IMG/VR virus record: IMGVR_UViG_3300030380_005539
Coordinates: 62,001-126,000 of that record
Strand: one strand, 5' to 3'
Source of the DNA: an uncultured virus (IMG/VR IMGVR_UViG_3300030380_005539)
Lineage: Duplodnaviria; Heunggongvirae; Uroviricota; Caudoviricetes
DNA length: 64,000 bases
This document shows positions 1-8,992 of this stretch, piece after piece. Under the pieces are notes generated by a model that made no database searches, was not told the DNA's origin, and worked only from the letters and a program-made list of their open reading frames with translations. Numbering within the stretch: the first letter of the stretch is position 1; every line of letters starts with the position of its first letter. Position numbers and translations under genes: made by a program.

Positions 1-247
1 TATTAAATTTAGTAACATTTTTCATTACACCAAATAATGGTGGATTTGTTACATTAAATGTTCCACCATTTAAATTTTTATAATGATCTACTACTTGATT
101 AAGTTCATTTAAATCATTTTGAATTTCATCTGTAGATCTTTGAATACCACTATAATCATTTACAACACTACTTATATTTTCTAAAATCTGAGTTAGTTCC
201 TCAATACTTTTATCTTCTAAATCCTCATTCAATATGTCTTCACTCAT
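1..247 (-). CDS. Hypothetical protein, partial (runs off the left edge)
   Basis: ATG at 247 overlaps the stop of the HD gene. Hand translation MSEDILNEDLEDKSIEELTQILE...VMKNVTKFN has no stop before the window edge. Confidence 0.7.
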   Translation of the reverse strand, partial: MSEDILNEDLEDKSIEELTQILENISSVVNDYSGIQRSTDEIQNDLNELNQVVDHYKNLNGGTFNVTNPPLFGVMKNVTKFN

Positions 248-821
248 TATTGTTATTTTTTTCTTCTATTATTGCCAATTCATTAGCTTGTTTTAAAATA
301 GTAGATAGTGTACTACCATACCACTTAGATTGTTTGTCATCTTCAGGTTTATCATAATTTACTATTGCCTGATATTCTTCTTCACTTAACTTAATACCAT
401 ATTTCATAGCATAATAAACTGATCTTTCACCTATTTTCATCGAAATTAATTCTTCGTTGAATTCGTACATTTTTCCTTGATTATTCCTATGCCACTCTGA
501 TTCACACCATTTATAAAGAAATGTTTTACCTATTTGGTGTAGAAAACATACTTTTACTATGGATTGTGCGTCCACAGATATACTATCAGGTAATAGTTTA
601 TTGATACCTATTGCATATTTAGTAGTTTTAAGTACATGATCAATTAAACCGCCAGGAAATGCATTATGTAAAGATGTCATAGTTGATGCGGGTGCCGTTA
701 ATAAATCTTCACCCAAATAATCTAATAACTCTTTATTTAAGATTCCATACAATTCATTTTTTTCTAAAAATGTTTGTTTGTTTTTTAATATTTTATCTTT
801 TAATTCTATTGTTTTTGACAT
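240..821 (-). CDS. HD-fold (YhaM-like) phosphohydrolase with a variant HQ motif
   Basis: APAS...HNAFPGGLIDHVL and LHQIGK match the YhaM/HD pattern (APAx..HH..GGL.EH / LHDIGK), with Asp replaced by Gln. Confidence 0.7.
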   Translation of the reverse strand: MSKTIELKDKILKNKQTFLEKNELYGILNKELLDYLGEDLLTAPASTMTSLHNAFPGGLIDHVLKTTKYAIGINKLLPDSISVDAQSIVKVCFLHQIGKTFLYKWCESEWHRNNQGKMYEFNEELISMKIGERSVYYAMKYGIKLSEEEYQAIVNYDKPEDDKQSKWYGSTLSTILKQANELAIIEEKNNNNE

Positions 822-850
822 AATTTTAATTTTTATTAAAAATAATGAAT

Positions 851-2123
851 TTATTTTACAACGTCAAATTCTTTTAATTCTTTTTTACCAACCAAAGATT
901 TATATAGTAAAGCTCTTTTTTCACAAACAGATTTCATATCATATTTACCGTTTACTGTATTATAAAGATTATCCCCTAACTTTTTAATTTCGTTAGGATT
1001 CTCAATAAGATATTTTATATGTTTAAACCAAAATTTATGATTTTTATTTNNNNNNNNNNTTTTCAGGTATTAAAATACCGTTACAATCATTAGTGTTAAA
1101 ATTACCTCCTTTTTCATAAGCATTATTTATATCTATTTGATATGGTCCGAAATCCTGACCAATTAATGCTTTTCGATGAAATCCTGCCTCAATTACTTTT
1201 AATTGAGACTTTACTCTATTAAATTCACTCTCTTTTAATGGTGCTAAAGACACATCAAATAAATTGTAGTTGGATGCATATGTTGTTATAGGTTTAGTCC
1301 ATATTCTTCTATAAGGTTCATTACTAACATTTTCATACTCACCCTTCTCAAACTTTAATAAAAAGTCTTTATATTCAGGACTAATAATTTTGTAATTATC
1401 AGTAAATATTTTTTCATATTTATACCATACACTTTCTTTTGGTTTAATAGGTCTTTGTTTTTGTTTTCCTGTTTGTTTATCTATTACAGTCATAGTACCT
1501 CTTAAATCATATCCACATAATACAAATTGGACTTTATCTATTAATCCTGCAGATTTTATATTACTTACTACACCATTTAAAATCTCTAAATCTTTTAAGT
1601 GTGAAGATCCACCTAACCAACCAATTCTAACTCTATCACTTTTTTCGCTATTACTTTGGTATTGTTTTTCATTAGGGTTAATTGCATTAGGTAAAACAAA
1701 TACATTTTCATTAAATTTACTTATTTCTTTTGCAAATATAGGTGTGGTAGTAGTTATATTTCTAGAAACTTTTAAATTATCAGCAATTTTTTTATTTAAG
1801 TTTTGTTGTTTTATAATCGCCCATGCGGGGTGATCGGGACCTGGTGACCAATGATCATCAATATCCATAATAGTTGTAATCCCTAATTCGTCACATCTTT
1901 TTAAAACTGATTCTATTTCTTCATACGAACCTAAAGTTCTATGATAGTGAATTAAATCGTATTGTTTTAAAAATTCATCATTTTTTAAATCTGGTGTATA
2001 ATCTATATCGACATAAAAATCGTTAGGATAATATTCTTGTAATTTTATGTGTGGAATTGTAGAACGATAATAAGATACACCTGTTCTATCACTGGGTACT
2101 ACTAATACTTTAATTTTTGACAT
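851..2123 (-). CDS. Glycosyltransferase (GT-B, GT4-like), interrupted by an assembly gap
   Basis: Motifs GVSYYRS, MDIDDHW, VLPNAI, RIGWLGGSSH, FDVSLAPL...FNRVKSQLKVIEAG. After the N run the frame continues (NKNHKFWFKHIKYLIENP...DVVK) to a TAA at 851. Confidence 0.85.
1050..1059. other. Assembly gap (10 N)
   Basis: Run of N bases; explains the false stop in the ORF track. Confidence 0.99.
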
Positions 2124-2187
2124 GTTTTTAAATTTTATTAAAATATAATCAATAAAACTAATAAACTAAAGTTTTTTTTTAAGAAAT

Positions 2188-2219
2188 TTTGGTAGTTTAA
2201 AAAATTTTTTGTACTTTAG
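2188..2219 (+). promoter_or_regulatory. Bacteroidota-type host-RNAP (early) promoter
   Basis: TTTGGTAGTTTAAAAAATTTTTTGTACTTTAG, nearly identical to the element at 2544-2574. Confidence 0.6.
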
Positions 2220-2240
2220 TATTATAAAAATTAAACAACT

Positions 2241-2525
2241 ATGAAATATTTTAATAGACATGAATGTATGAGTAAAGAAACCCTAAGAAGTATTGGTGAG
2301 GCAACAACAGAACTATTCGGTATAGATGGTGTTAGTCCTTTTGGTGGTGTAGGTAATATGTTATACGGTTTGTATGACGGTTTTGACTACTCAGATAAAA
2401 TTCGTTCACACAAAGATATGGAAACCATTAAAAGTCAAAAAATGGGTTTATATGAAAAGATTTTAAATATCTGTAAAGATATAGATACATATCCTAAACA
2501 CGAGCATGATGTAACCGTACATTAA
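2241..2525 (+). CDS. Hypothetical protein (putative early gene)
   Basis: 94 aa ORF with an A-rich start, downstream of a promoter-like element. Confidence 0.7.
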   Translation: MKYFNRHECMSKETLRSIGEATTELFGIDGVSPFGGVGNMLYGLYDGFDYSDKIRSHKDMETIKSQKMGLYEKILNICKDIDTYPKHEHDVTVH

Positions 2526-2543
2526 AAAAAAACTTATAAAAAG

Positions 2544-2574
2544 TTTGGCAGTTTAAAAATTTTTTGTATCTTTA
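2544..2574 (+). promoter_or_regulatory. Bacteroidota-type host-RNAP (early) promoter
   Basis: TTTG-N19-TATCTTTA, one mismatch to TAnnTTTG; repeat of 2188-2219. Confidence 0.65.
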
Positions 2575-2594
2575 CAATATCAAATCAAATAACT

Positions 2595-3161
2595 ATGGGA
2601 AATTCAGAAATAACAATCAGAGTACAAAATTACAACGGTAATAACGGATTTATTAATTCACTACAGAATGGATTAAAAAAGTATGGGTCATTGACAGAAA
2701 GACAACTTTATGCGGCGGGTAAGTTTTTTACTAAACTTAATAACCCAACTCAAACACAACAACCTAAAGAGGTTAATGTGGACATTAAAATCACTAACTT
2801 TATCGCTAAGAGAGTTGCGGAAGAGAATGAATTAGAGTTTAGACCTTTTTTAATGACTATTAGTAAGGTTTTGAAAGAGACTGAAAGAGCGTATCAAGTA
2901 GTTGGTAAACTAACTGTTTCAGATGTTTCATCTTGTAGAGTGTGTGGTAGAGATTTAACGGATTGGAGATCACAGGCGACTGGTGTAGGACCAGTTTGTT
3001 CCAAAACATTAGGTATACCATATGTAAAGAATGAATTAGATGTTGCAGTTTATAAGAAACTACTTAAAATGAAAATTGATAAAATTGGAGATTTAACTTT
3101 TTGGTTGGCAAAATCACAAATTGTCGAAGGAAAAGAAGATTTAGAAAATAGTTTAAAATAA
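2595..3161 (+). CDS. DUF6011-like zinc-binding protein
   Basis: CRVCGRDLTD..S...GVGPVC motif; N-terminal KYGSLTERQ motif. Confidence 0.7.
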   Translation: MGNSEITIRVQNYNGNNGFINSLQNGLKKYGSLTERQLYAAGKFFTKLNNPTQTQQPKEVNVDIKITNFIAKRVAEENELEFRPFLMTISKVLKETERAYQVVGKLTVSDVSSCRVCGRDLTDWRSQATGVGPVCSKTLGIPYVKNELDVAVYKKLLKMKIDKIGDLTFWLAKSQIVEGKEDLENSLK

Positions 3162-3189
3162 AAAAACCCTCTTCGGAGGGTTTCTTTTT
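3161..3189. terminator. Bidirectional intrinsic terminator
   Basis: AAACCCTC-TTCG-GAGGGTTT hairpin (cUUCGg loop) flanked by A and T runs, between convergent genes. Confidence 0.9.
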
Positions 3190-3748
3190 ATACTCTTTTT
3201 TTCTTTTTTGTTGGTAGTGGTTTTAATTTACCACCGAATATTGTATCACCTATTTTGATTTTAATATCTTCAGTTACTAAAGATTTATCTAAATACTCTT
3301 CTACAACCTCTCTAACTACATCCCCTATCTCTTCTCTAACTATTTGTCTAATATCATTAGTTTCATAGTTAGGTGTAGGTGTTGGTAATGGTTGTTGTGT
3401 AGGTACACTTTCATTTACTAAATCTTGTACATCTGCCAATTCAAAAGTATGATTAGGAGACTCAGGAATCTCTATTGGGTTGTTTACCATTGCATCTAAT
3501 ACTTCTTTAGGCATCTTAGAGGTTTTTAAATTTCTATATTGTCCCCCTTGTGGTGCTACTGATCTCGTACTACTTTTAGAATGTCTACTAATATAATTTT
3601 CTGTTAAGTTAGGCATTTCTTTTTCTTCACCAGAAAAAGAGTTATTACTTTGTGTGTTTCTAATAGTAGTTCCGTGATTTTCATCGGTTTTTTGCATTAC
3701 CGCTTTAGATCTACTTAATATATCTACCAATTTGTTAGCGCTACTCAT
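3188..3748 (-). CDS. Hypothetical protein
   Basis: 186 aa ORF in the leftward operon; IRQIVREEI...VVEEYL amphipathic segment. Confidence 0.8.
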   Translation of the reverse strand: MSSANKLVDILSRSKAVMQKTDENHGTTIRNTQSNNSFSGEEKEMPNLTENYISRHSKSSTRSVAPQGGQYRNLKTSKMPKEVLDAMVNNPIEIPESPNHTFELADVQDLVNESVPTQQPLPTPTPNYETNDIRQIVREEIGDVVREVVEEYLDKSLVTEDIKIKIGDTIFGGKLKPLPTKKKKRV

Positions 3749-3757
3749 AATATTTTT

Positions 3758-4126
3758 TTATTCAAATTTTGTTATATAATATATGTTTGTCATATCTTTA
3801 TCTCCTGTTGGGTTAAATAGTGGTTTAGCTTCGTTAAATGTTCCCCCTAATGTTCTCATATTTTCCATCCTATCAGTTCTAAATAATTTCCATCCTGGTT
3901 GTATTGTTTTAGTGTCTCCACCTACTTGATACACCCTAATTACTTCATTTCCCGCTTTAGATACGCCATAACAATATATTTGTATCCATCTTTTTCCTTT
4001 TCCACCTGGATCTTCTTCATCGTCATAGTTTAATTCAATAATCCTACGTTTACGCATAGCATTCATTATGTCACCCTTAGCGGCAACTTCTAATATAAGA
4101 CTTTCTGCTAAATTGTAAAGTTTCAT
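3758..4126 (-). CDS. Stand-alone WYL-domain protein with an LxE-type leader
   Basis: IELNY...KRWIQIYCYG.SKAGNEVIRVYQ...GWKLFRTDRM fits the WYL fold pattern; N-terminus MKLYNLAESLILE. Confidence 0.7.
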   Translation of the reverse strand: MKLYNLAESLILEVAAKGDIMNAMRKRRIIELNYDDEEDPGGKGKRWIQIYCYGVSKAGNEVIRVYQVGGDTKTIQPGWKLFRTDRMENMRTLGGTFNEAKPLFNPTGDKDMTNIYYITKFE

Positions 4127-4132
4127 TATGAT

Positions 4133-4447
4133 TTAAGTAGCTTTAAATTGATTTTTATTATCATCTGTTGATGGTGTCTCATATGGTTTTTCTGCACTAT
4201 ACTTATTTTTTGCAATATTCGCAATTCTACCAGAACCTGGTTCGTTAGATGAACCTATTTCATCACTTAATGAACCACCATTATATGTATCTAAAAAATT
4301 GCCTGTACCTTTACCTTTATTATCCCCATCTGATTTAGCATTAGGGTGTTTAGCTCCATATTGGTTTCCTTCACCATTCTGATAAGTATTTTTGATTATA
4401 TTGTCTGTTCTGAATTGTTTACCTAATTCTTCTAATTTACTTGCCAT
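4133..4447 (-). CDS. Hypothetical protein (Gly/Asn-rich)
   Basis: 104 aa ORF tightly packed in the operon. Confidence 0.75.
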   Translation of the reverse strand: MASKLEELGKQFRTDNIIKNTYQNGEGNQYGAKHPNAKSDGDNKGKGTGNFLDTYNGGSLSDEIGSSNEPGSGRIANIAKNKYSAEKPYETPSTDDNKNQFKAT

Positions 4448-4451
4448 TTTT

Positions 4452-4988
4452 TTATTTTTTATACTTATACGTTATTAATTTTTTTATTTTTTTTACTTCT
4501 TCATAAACTGGTTTACCTCTTGAAATTTGTCCACTTATATCTTTGTGTATTTTAGGTAACTTTATTTTTAAAGTTTCCCTATTAACTTTATTAACATCTT
4601 TATTATGAGACTTAATAAATTGATTGGTTATTCCTGTTTCCATTTTTATTTTTTTAGGTGCTTTAATAGCTTCAGTTTCTTTGTTTAATGTAGAATCAAC
4701 CCAATTATGCATTGTTTTACCACCATTCAATCTATATTCCATATCATCATTACTACCTTCAAAAGAATCGAACCAGTTTTTAATTCTTTTCATTTGTGAA
4801 TATTCTATAAGATTATTTTGTAATATTCCTTTAGCTCTTTTATAACCTTCAGTAGTTTTACCCCCTTTATTTAAAGATTCATATCTATCTACTGCAGTAC
4901 TGAGTGCATTAGTAACATATTCAGGACATGACCAATGTTTACCACGTAACTCACTGTTACCACCTTTATTATCCTTCCTGTTCGCCAT
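4452..4988 (-). CDS. Hypothetical protein, possibly head-associated
   Basis: 178 aa ORF whose start overlaps the end of the upstream gene. Confidence 0.75.
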   Translation of the reverse strand: MANRKDNKGGNSELRGKHWSCPEYVTNALSTAVDRYESLNKGGKTTEGYKRAKGILQNNLIEYSQMKRIKNWFDSFEGSNDDMEYRLNGGKTMHNWVDSTLNKETEAIKAPKKIKMETGITNQFIKSHNKDVNKVNRETLKIKLPKIHKDISGQISRGKPVYEEVKKIKKLITYKYKK

Positions 4989-5796
4989 ATTTAATCTTAT
5001 CCCCTAAAATTTCTCTATGTTTTTCACTAATTTCTTCTACCTCAACATTTTTAATTAGGTGGTTGAGAAGTATTGCTAATTCTTCACCATTTAACTCTTC
5101 TTTTTCTACTAATTTAAGTAAATGGTTTAATTTATGAATAACCATAGGTTTTTCAAAAGTTTTTTTTAATTCACTAATATCTGCGATTTCTAATTTATCA
5201 CCAACTAGATCTTGTTCATTAGTTTTTTTAATTATACCTTTATCTGTTTTTTTAGATAAAAACATTTCATCTACTAAACCTTTCATTTTATTTTCTTCTA
5301 AAAAATCAAAATTAAATTCGGTATCATAAGGTATTTGATAATTTGCCCAATCTTCAGAAGGATCTAAATCATATCCCGGTGCTTTTGGTTTATGGTAGTG
5401 TTTACTAATATCTTTTTTAGCAATTTTTCTACCTATTTCTCTTTCATCTCTACTATATTTTTTCTTTGTATTATGAAACGCATCTAAATCTTGTAATGCT
5501 TCATGAGAAATATTTTCATCTATATTTTCTTCTTCATTTACAACATAACTATAATTAATCCCATAATACGGACCACCATAAATAAAATATGCTTCTGGAC
5601 CTTGTGTAGCCGCTCTAGCAAAATCATCACTAGTTTTTTTAGATTTTATAACTGAAGGTGTTACTTTATAGTTATCATCTTTATTTATTAATGCACCAGC
5701 AGTATCAACTAATTCATTAACTTCTTCCTCTTCAACCACATTTTTCTTTTCCTCAATATATTTATGTATATCGGACTTTTTATATGTTTTATTCAT
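4969..5796 (-). CDS. Hypothetical acidic protein, possibly head-associated
   Basis: 275 aa ORF, first in the leftward operon, preceded by ATATTTAT on its sense strand. Confidence 0.8.
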   Translation of the reverse strand: MNKTYKKSDIHKYIEEKKNVVEEEEVNELVDTAGALINKDDNYKVTPSVIKSKKTSDDFARAATQGPEAYFIYGGPYYGINYSYVVNEEENIDENISHEALQDLDAFHNTKKKYSRDEREIGRKIAKKDISKHYHKPKAPGYDLDPSEDWANYQIPYDTEFNFDFLEENKMKGLVDEMFLSKKTDKGIIKKTNEQDLVGDKLEIADISELKKTFEKPMVIHKLNHLLKLVEKEELNGEELAILLNHLIKNVEVEEISEKHREILGDKIKYGEQEG

Positions 5797-5812
5797 GTTT
5801 AAAGTTTTTTAT

Positions 5813-5841
5813 ATAAATATAACAGAAAACTAAATATTTAT
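5813..5841. promoter_or_regulatory. Divergent pair of putative late-promoter motifs (ATATTTAT)
   Basis: ATAAATAT at 5813-5820 (minus-strand ATATTTAT) and ATATTTAT at 5834-5841, each facing a structural-type operon. Confidence 0.55.
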
Positions 5842-5857
5842 TATTAAAGGTAAAAAT

Positions 5858-7528
5858 ATGTCGGATTGTGAAAAGAAATTAATAACCCAAGTAGACTTAG
5901 CGAGACAAGCAACTATATTAACAGGTAATACTGCTTGTTTCGATGGTAAAATACAGGCTGGTATACCATTTAGTGGTTATCCTACGGGTGTAGATGTAGA
6001 TAGTATTGTATTATTAAATCCTAATGATGGTGATTTACAAACTGCAATTTTTAGTGGAAATTCGTTATTTTCTAATTATAATGTTACTGATCCTACATCT
6101 CCTAACTTTATCCCATCTTATTTAAGTGGTATAACAACAGATGAAATTCCATATAGTTCTTTGACTTGGACTAACCCACTTTATACAACAACGGCTATTC
6201 AGATACCTGTTGGAATTACCCCAAATACAAGTAGTTTAGGGGGGGACGGAGATCCATTTATTACTGGTATAACTACTTTTCTTGATAGTACTATAACTGT
6301 AGGGCCGTTTTGGGATATTACATTATCAGGTACTAATGGTACTCATAATATAGCATTAGAATATAGTGGTTATAGTATTGAATATAATTTTAATGTTGAT
6401 ACTGCTAATGCCAGTGGTGCAACTTTAGATCCGTTGGATATTAGTGGTGATGGAACAGTGGGGGTATTAAATGGTGTAGCTCTTAGTGCACAAACTTTTA
6501 CTGCGAACACAGGATTCTTAAGTGCAACTTACTTAGAATTTTCTGCTAAATCTTTAGATTATACAGGGCCTTTAGATTATTTAAGAAGTAGGGAAGATGC
6601 CACAATAGATAATAAATTAACGACTGATAAAATAAGAATAAGAGATGGTGCATCTTTAGGAACTATTGGTTATGTATTAACACAAGACGAAGAAGATGGT
6701 ACTGGTGTATGGGCACCAGCGGCAGGTGGATCTGGTGGTACAATACCTAATTATATTAATACTGCTTCTACTACAGAAACGGTAGGTGGTATACTTGCAG
6801 GAAATACATTTCCACCACCAGGTAGAACAATGCAACAAATGTGGGATCAATTATTATATCCTTACCAACCACCTTCATTTACCAGTTTTAATAGGGCAGA
6901 CCTTAAAAGTGTTTACGAAGTAGGTGAAACAATAACTACAGGAAGTAAGAATTTTACTTGGAGTACATCTAATAGTGTTAATGTAGAATCTGGAATTGCA
7001 GGTAGTATAGAAATAAAAGAACTTGATCCATCTCTTACTATTGCAAATTCTGAAGATAACGATGGTTCACAAACTGTTACTACTACTGCAGCAATGGGTA
7101 GGACAACAGTGGGTAGTAAAAATTTATATCAAATATTTGGTATAAACACACAAGGTGGAACTTTTAATAGAACAATAAGTAGAACTTGGAAAATACGATG
7201 GTATTTTGGTAAAAATGTCAGTGCTACTTTAAATGCAACACAAATGCAATCCTTAGCGGGTGGAGGTTTAGTTAGTAGTGTCGTAAATAGTTATGTAACC
7301 CAACCAGCAACTGCTGGTGGTGAATATATGTATTGGTGTATTCCAAATACTCTTGGGCAACCATCAGATATTAGAGATTCTGTTGCGGGATGTTTTGGTA
7401 ATAATATACCTTTTATTGAATTACCAACTATAACAATAATAAATCCGTTTACTGTATCGGTGACTTATAGAATTTATAGGTCGGTTAACCAAACGGCTGC
7501 AGCATTTACCACATGGTTATGTAATTAA
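5858..7528 (+). CDS. Putative virion fibre/decoration protein
   Basis: 556 aa, Thr/Gly/Ser-rich; GYVLTQD..GTGVW fibre motif; C-terminal half paralogous to that of the next gene. Confidence 0.7.
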   Translation: MSDCEKKLITQVDLARQATILTGNTACFDGKIQAGIPFSGYPTGVDVDSIVLLNPNDGDLQTAIFSGNSLFSNYNVTDPTSPNFIPSYLSGITTDEIPYSSLTWTNPLYTTTAIQIPVGITPNTSSLGGDGDPFITGITTFLDSTITVGPFWDITLSGTNGTHNIALEYSGYSIEYNFNVDTANASGATLDPLDISGDGTVGVLNGVALSAQTFTANTGFLSATYLEFSAKSLDYTGPLDYLRSREDATIDNKLTTDKIRIRDGASLGTIGYVLTQDEEDGTGVWAPAAGGSGGTIPNYINTASTTETVGGILAGNTFPPPGRTMQQMWDQLLYPYQPPSFTSFNRADLKSVYEVGETITTGSKNFTWSTSNSVNVESGIAGSIEIKELDPSLTIANSEDNDGSQTVTTTAAMGRTTVGSKNLYQIFGINTQGGTFNRTISRTWKIRWYFGKNVSATLNATQMQSLAGGGLVSSVVNSYVTQPATAGGEYMYWCIPNTLGQPSDIRDSVAGCFGNNIPFIELPTITIINPFTVSVTYRIYRSVNQTAAAFTTWLCN

Positions 7529-7555
7529 TAAAATGAAAAAAATAAATAAATAAAT

Positions 7556-8980
7556 ATGAGTGGTACTGATTATGGAGGTTTAGGAGGTGTTAAAATTACT
7601 GGATTTATATCACCAGGTAGTACTGATGATAAGTATGCAGTTATAGACACTCAATTAGGTATTGATGGATTAAGAAACTATAGTGGTACTACTACAGAGG
7701 TTCTAAGTGGTGAGACTATAACAGAATTGCGCCGTAGAGCTGGTATGATTGTAGGTGTTGAGGGTGGTGATAGATATTTTAAACTAAAAGATAAAGATCC
7801 TTGGGATTTTGATTTAACTGACTGGGAAGAGATTAATTTTGGTGGTGGATCTGGTTCTGCAATTACCGGTGGTACATATAGTGCTGGCACATTAACTTTA
7901 GTAAATGGTAGTGGTGATACTATTAATATTAGTGGTTTTACTATAGAAGATTCTTATACTGATGGTGTAACTTTGGTAGGTAATGTATTACAATTTGATA
8001 ATAACGTATTTGGTTCTAATTTTTACAATGTAGACTTATCCGCATTATCAGGTGGAACTGCGGATTCTTATACAGATGCGGCGACATTAGTTGGTACTAC
8101 TTTACAATTCGATAATAATTTATATGGTGCCAATTTCTATAATGTTGATTTGTCTCCTTTATCTGGTGGTACAATACCTAATTATATAAATAGTGCTGCA
8201 ACACCTACAACAGTAGGTGGTATAACCGCAGGAAGTTCATTTCCTGCACCAGGTAAGACAATGCAAGAAATGTGGGACGATTTATTATACCCATATATCC
8301 CACCAACCTTTAATTCTTTTACTCGTAGTGATTTACTTAGTAGTTATGAAATAGGTCAGGAGACTACACCAGGTGTTCCGGTTTCTAAAGATTTTAGTTG
8401 GTCTACTACACAACCCGCAAATGTAGATGATTTAATACCTAATAGTGTGAAGGTTACTGATTCTAGTGGTAATATATTATTAGATAGTCAACCTAAGGCA
8501 GGAACAACAGGTGCAACAATACAAGTATCTGACGTAAAAACAAGTGTAGGTTCAGAACCCTTATACACAGTACATGGAATTAATACTCAAGGGGCATCTT
8601 TTACTCGTAACATTTCCGCAACATGGAAATCCTATGTATATTTTGGTATGGGTGGATTAACATTAACTGGTGGGCAAATGGTTACCTTATCAAATAGTCA
8701 GTTTGTAACGTCATTAGGTTTTGGTTCGGTTCTTACGGTTGCAAATTCGGGTAGTAATTATTTATGGGTATGTGTACCAGATATACTAACTAATGTTGGT
8801 TCATGGACATCTGCAGGAGCACCTATTACTGATTTTGCTGGTGTAACACCAATACCAGGATCTTTTCAAACAGATATTAGTATAACTAATAGTCAAGGTC
8901 TACCAGTAAATTATAAAGTGTGGAGACAAACATTTGCTCAAACAAGTAACCCATACAAATTTCAATTAAACAATGTATAA
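7556..8980 (+). CDS. Putative virion fibre protein (mosaic)
   Basis: N-terminus shared with 8993-11251 (ITELRRRAGMIVG...YFKLKDKDPWDF); C-terminus shared with 5858-7528. Confidence 0.7.
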   Translation: MSGTDYGGLGGVKITGFISPGSTDDKYAVIDTQLGIDGLRNYSGTTTEVLSGETITELRRRAGMIVGVEGGDRYFKLKDKDPWDFDLTDWEEINFGGGSGSAITGGTYSAGTLTLVNGSGDTINISGFTIEDSYTDGVTLVGNVLQFDNNVFGSNFYNVDLSALSGGTADSYTDAATLVGTTLQFDNNLYGANFYNVDLSPLSGGTIPNYINSAATPTTVGGITAGSSFPAPGKTMQEMWDDLLYPYIPPTFNSFTRSDLLSSYEIGQETTPGVPVSKDFSWSTTQPANVDDLIPNSVKVTDSSGNILLDSQPKAGTTGATIQVSDVKTSVGSEPLYTVHGINTQGASFTRNISATWKSYVYFGMGGLTLTGGQMVTLSNSQFVTSLGFGSVLTVANSGSNYLWVCVPDILTNVGSWTSAGAPITDFAGVTPIPGSFQTDISITNSQGLPVNYKVWRQTFAQTSNPYKFQLNNV

Positions 8981-8992
8981 AAATATAGATAT

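Noticed and set aside
778..987. Short plus-strand ORF, and similar short antisense ORFs across the window
   Set aside because: They lie opposite well-supported genes and have low-complexity translations typical of AT-rich shadows.
1044..1060. Premature stop in the glycosyltransferase
   Set aside because: Caused by the 10 N gap; the frame continues to 851.
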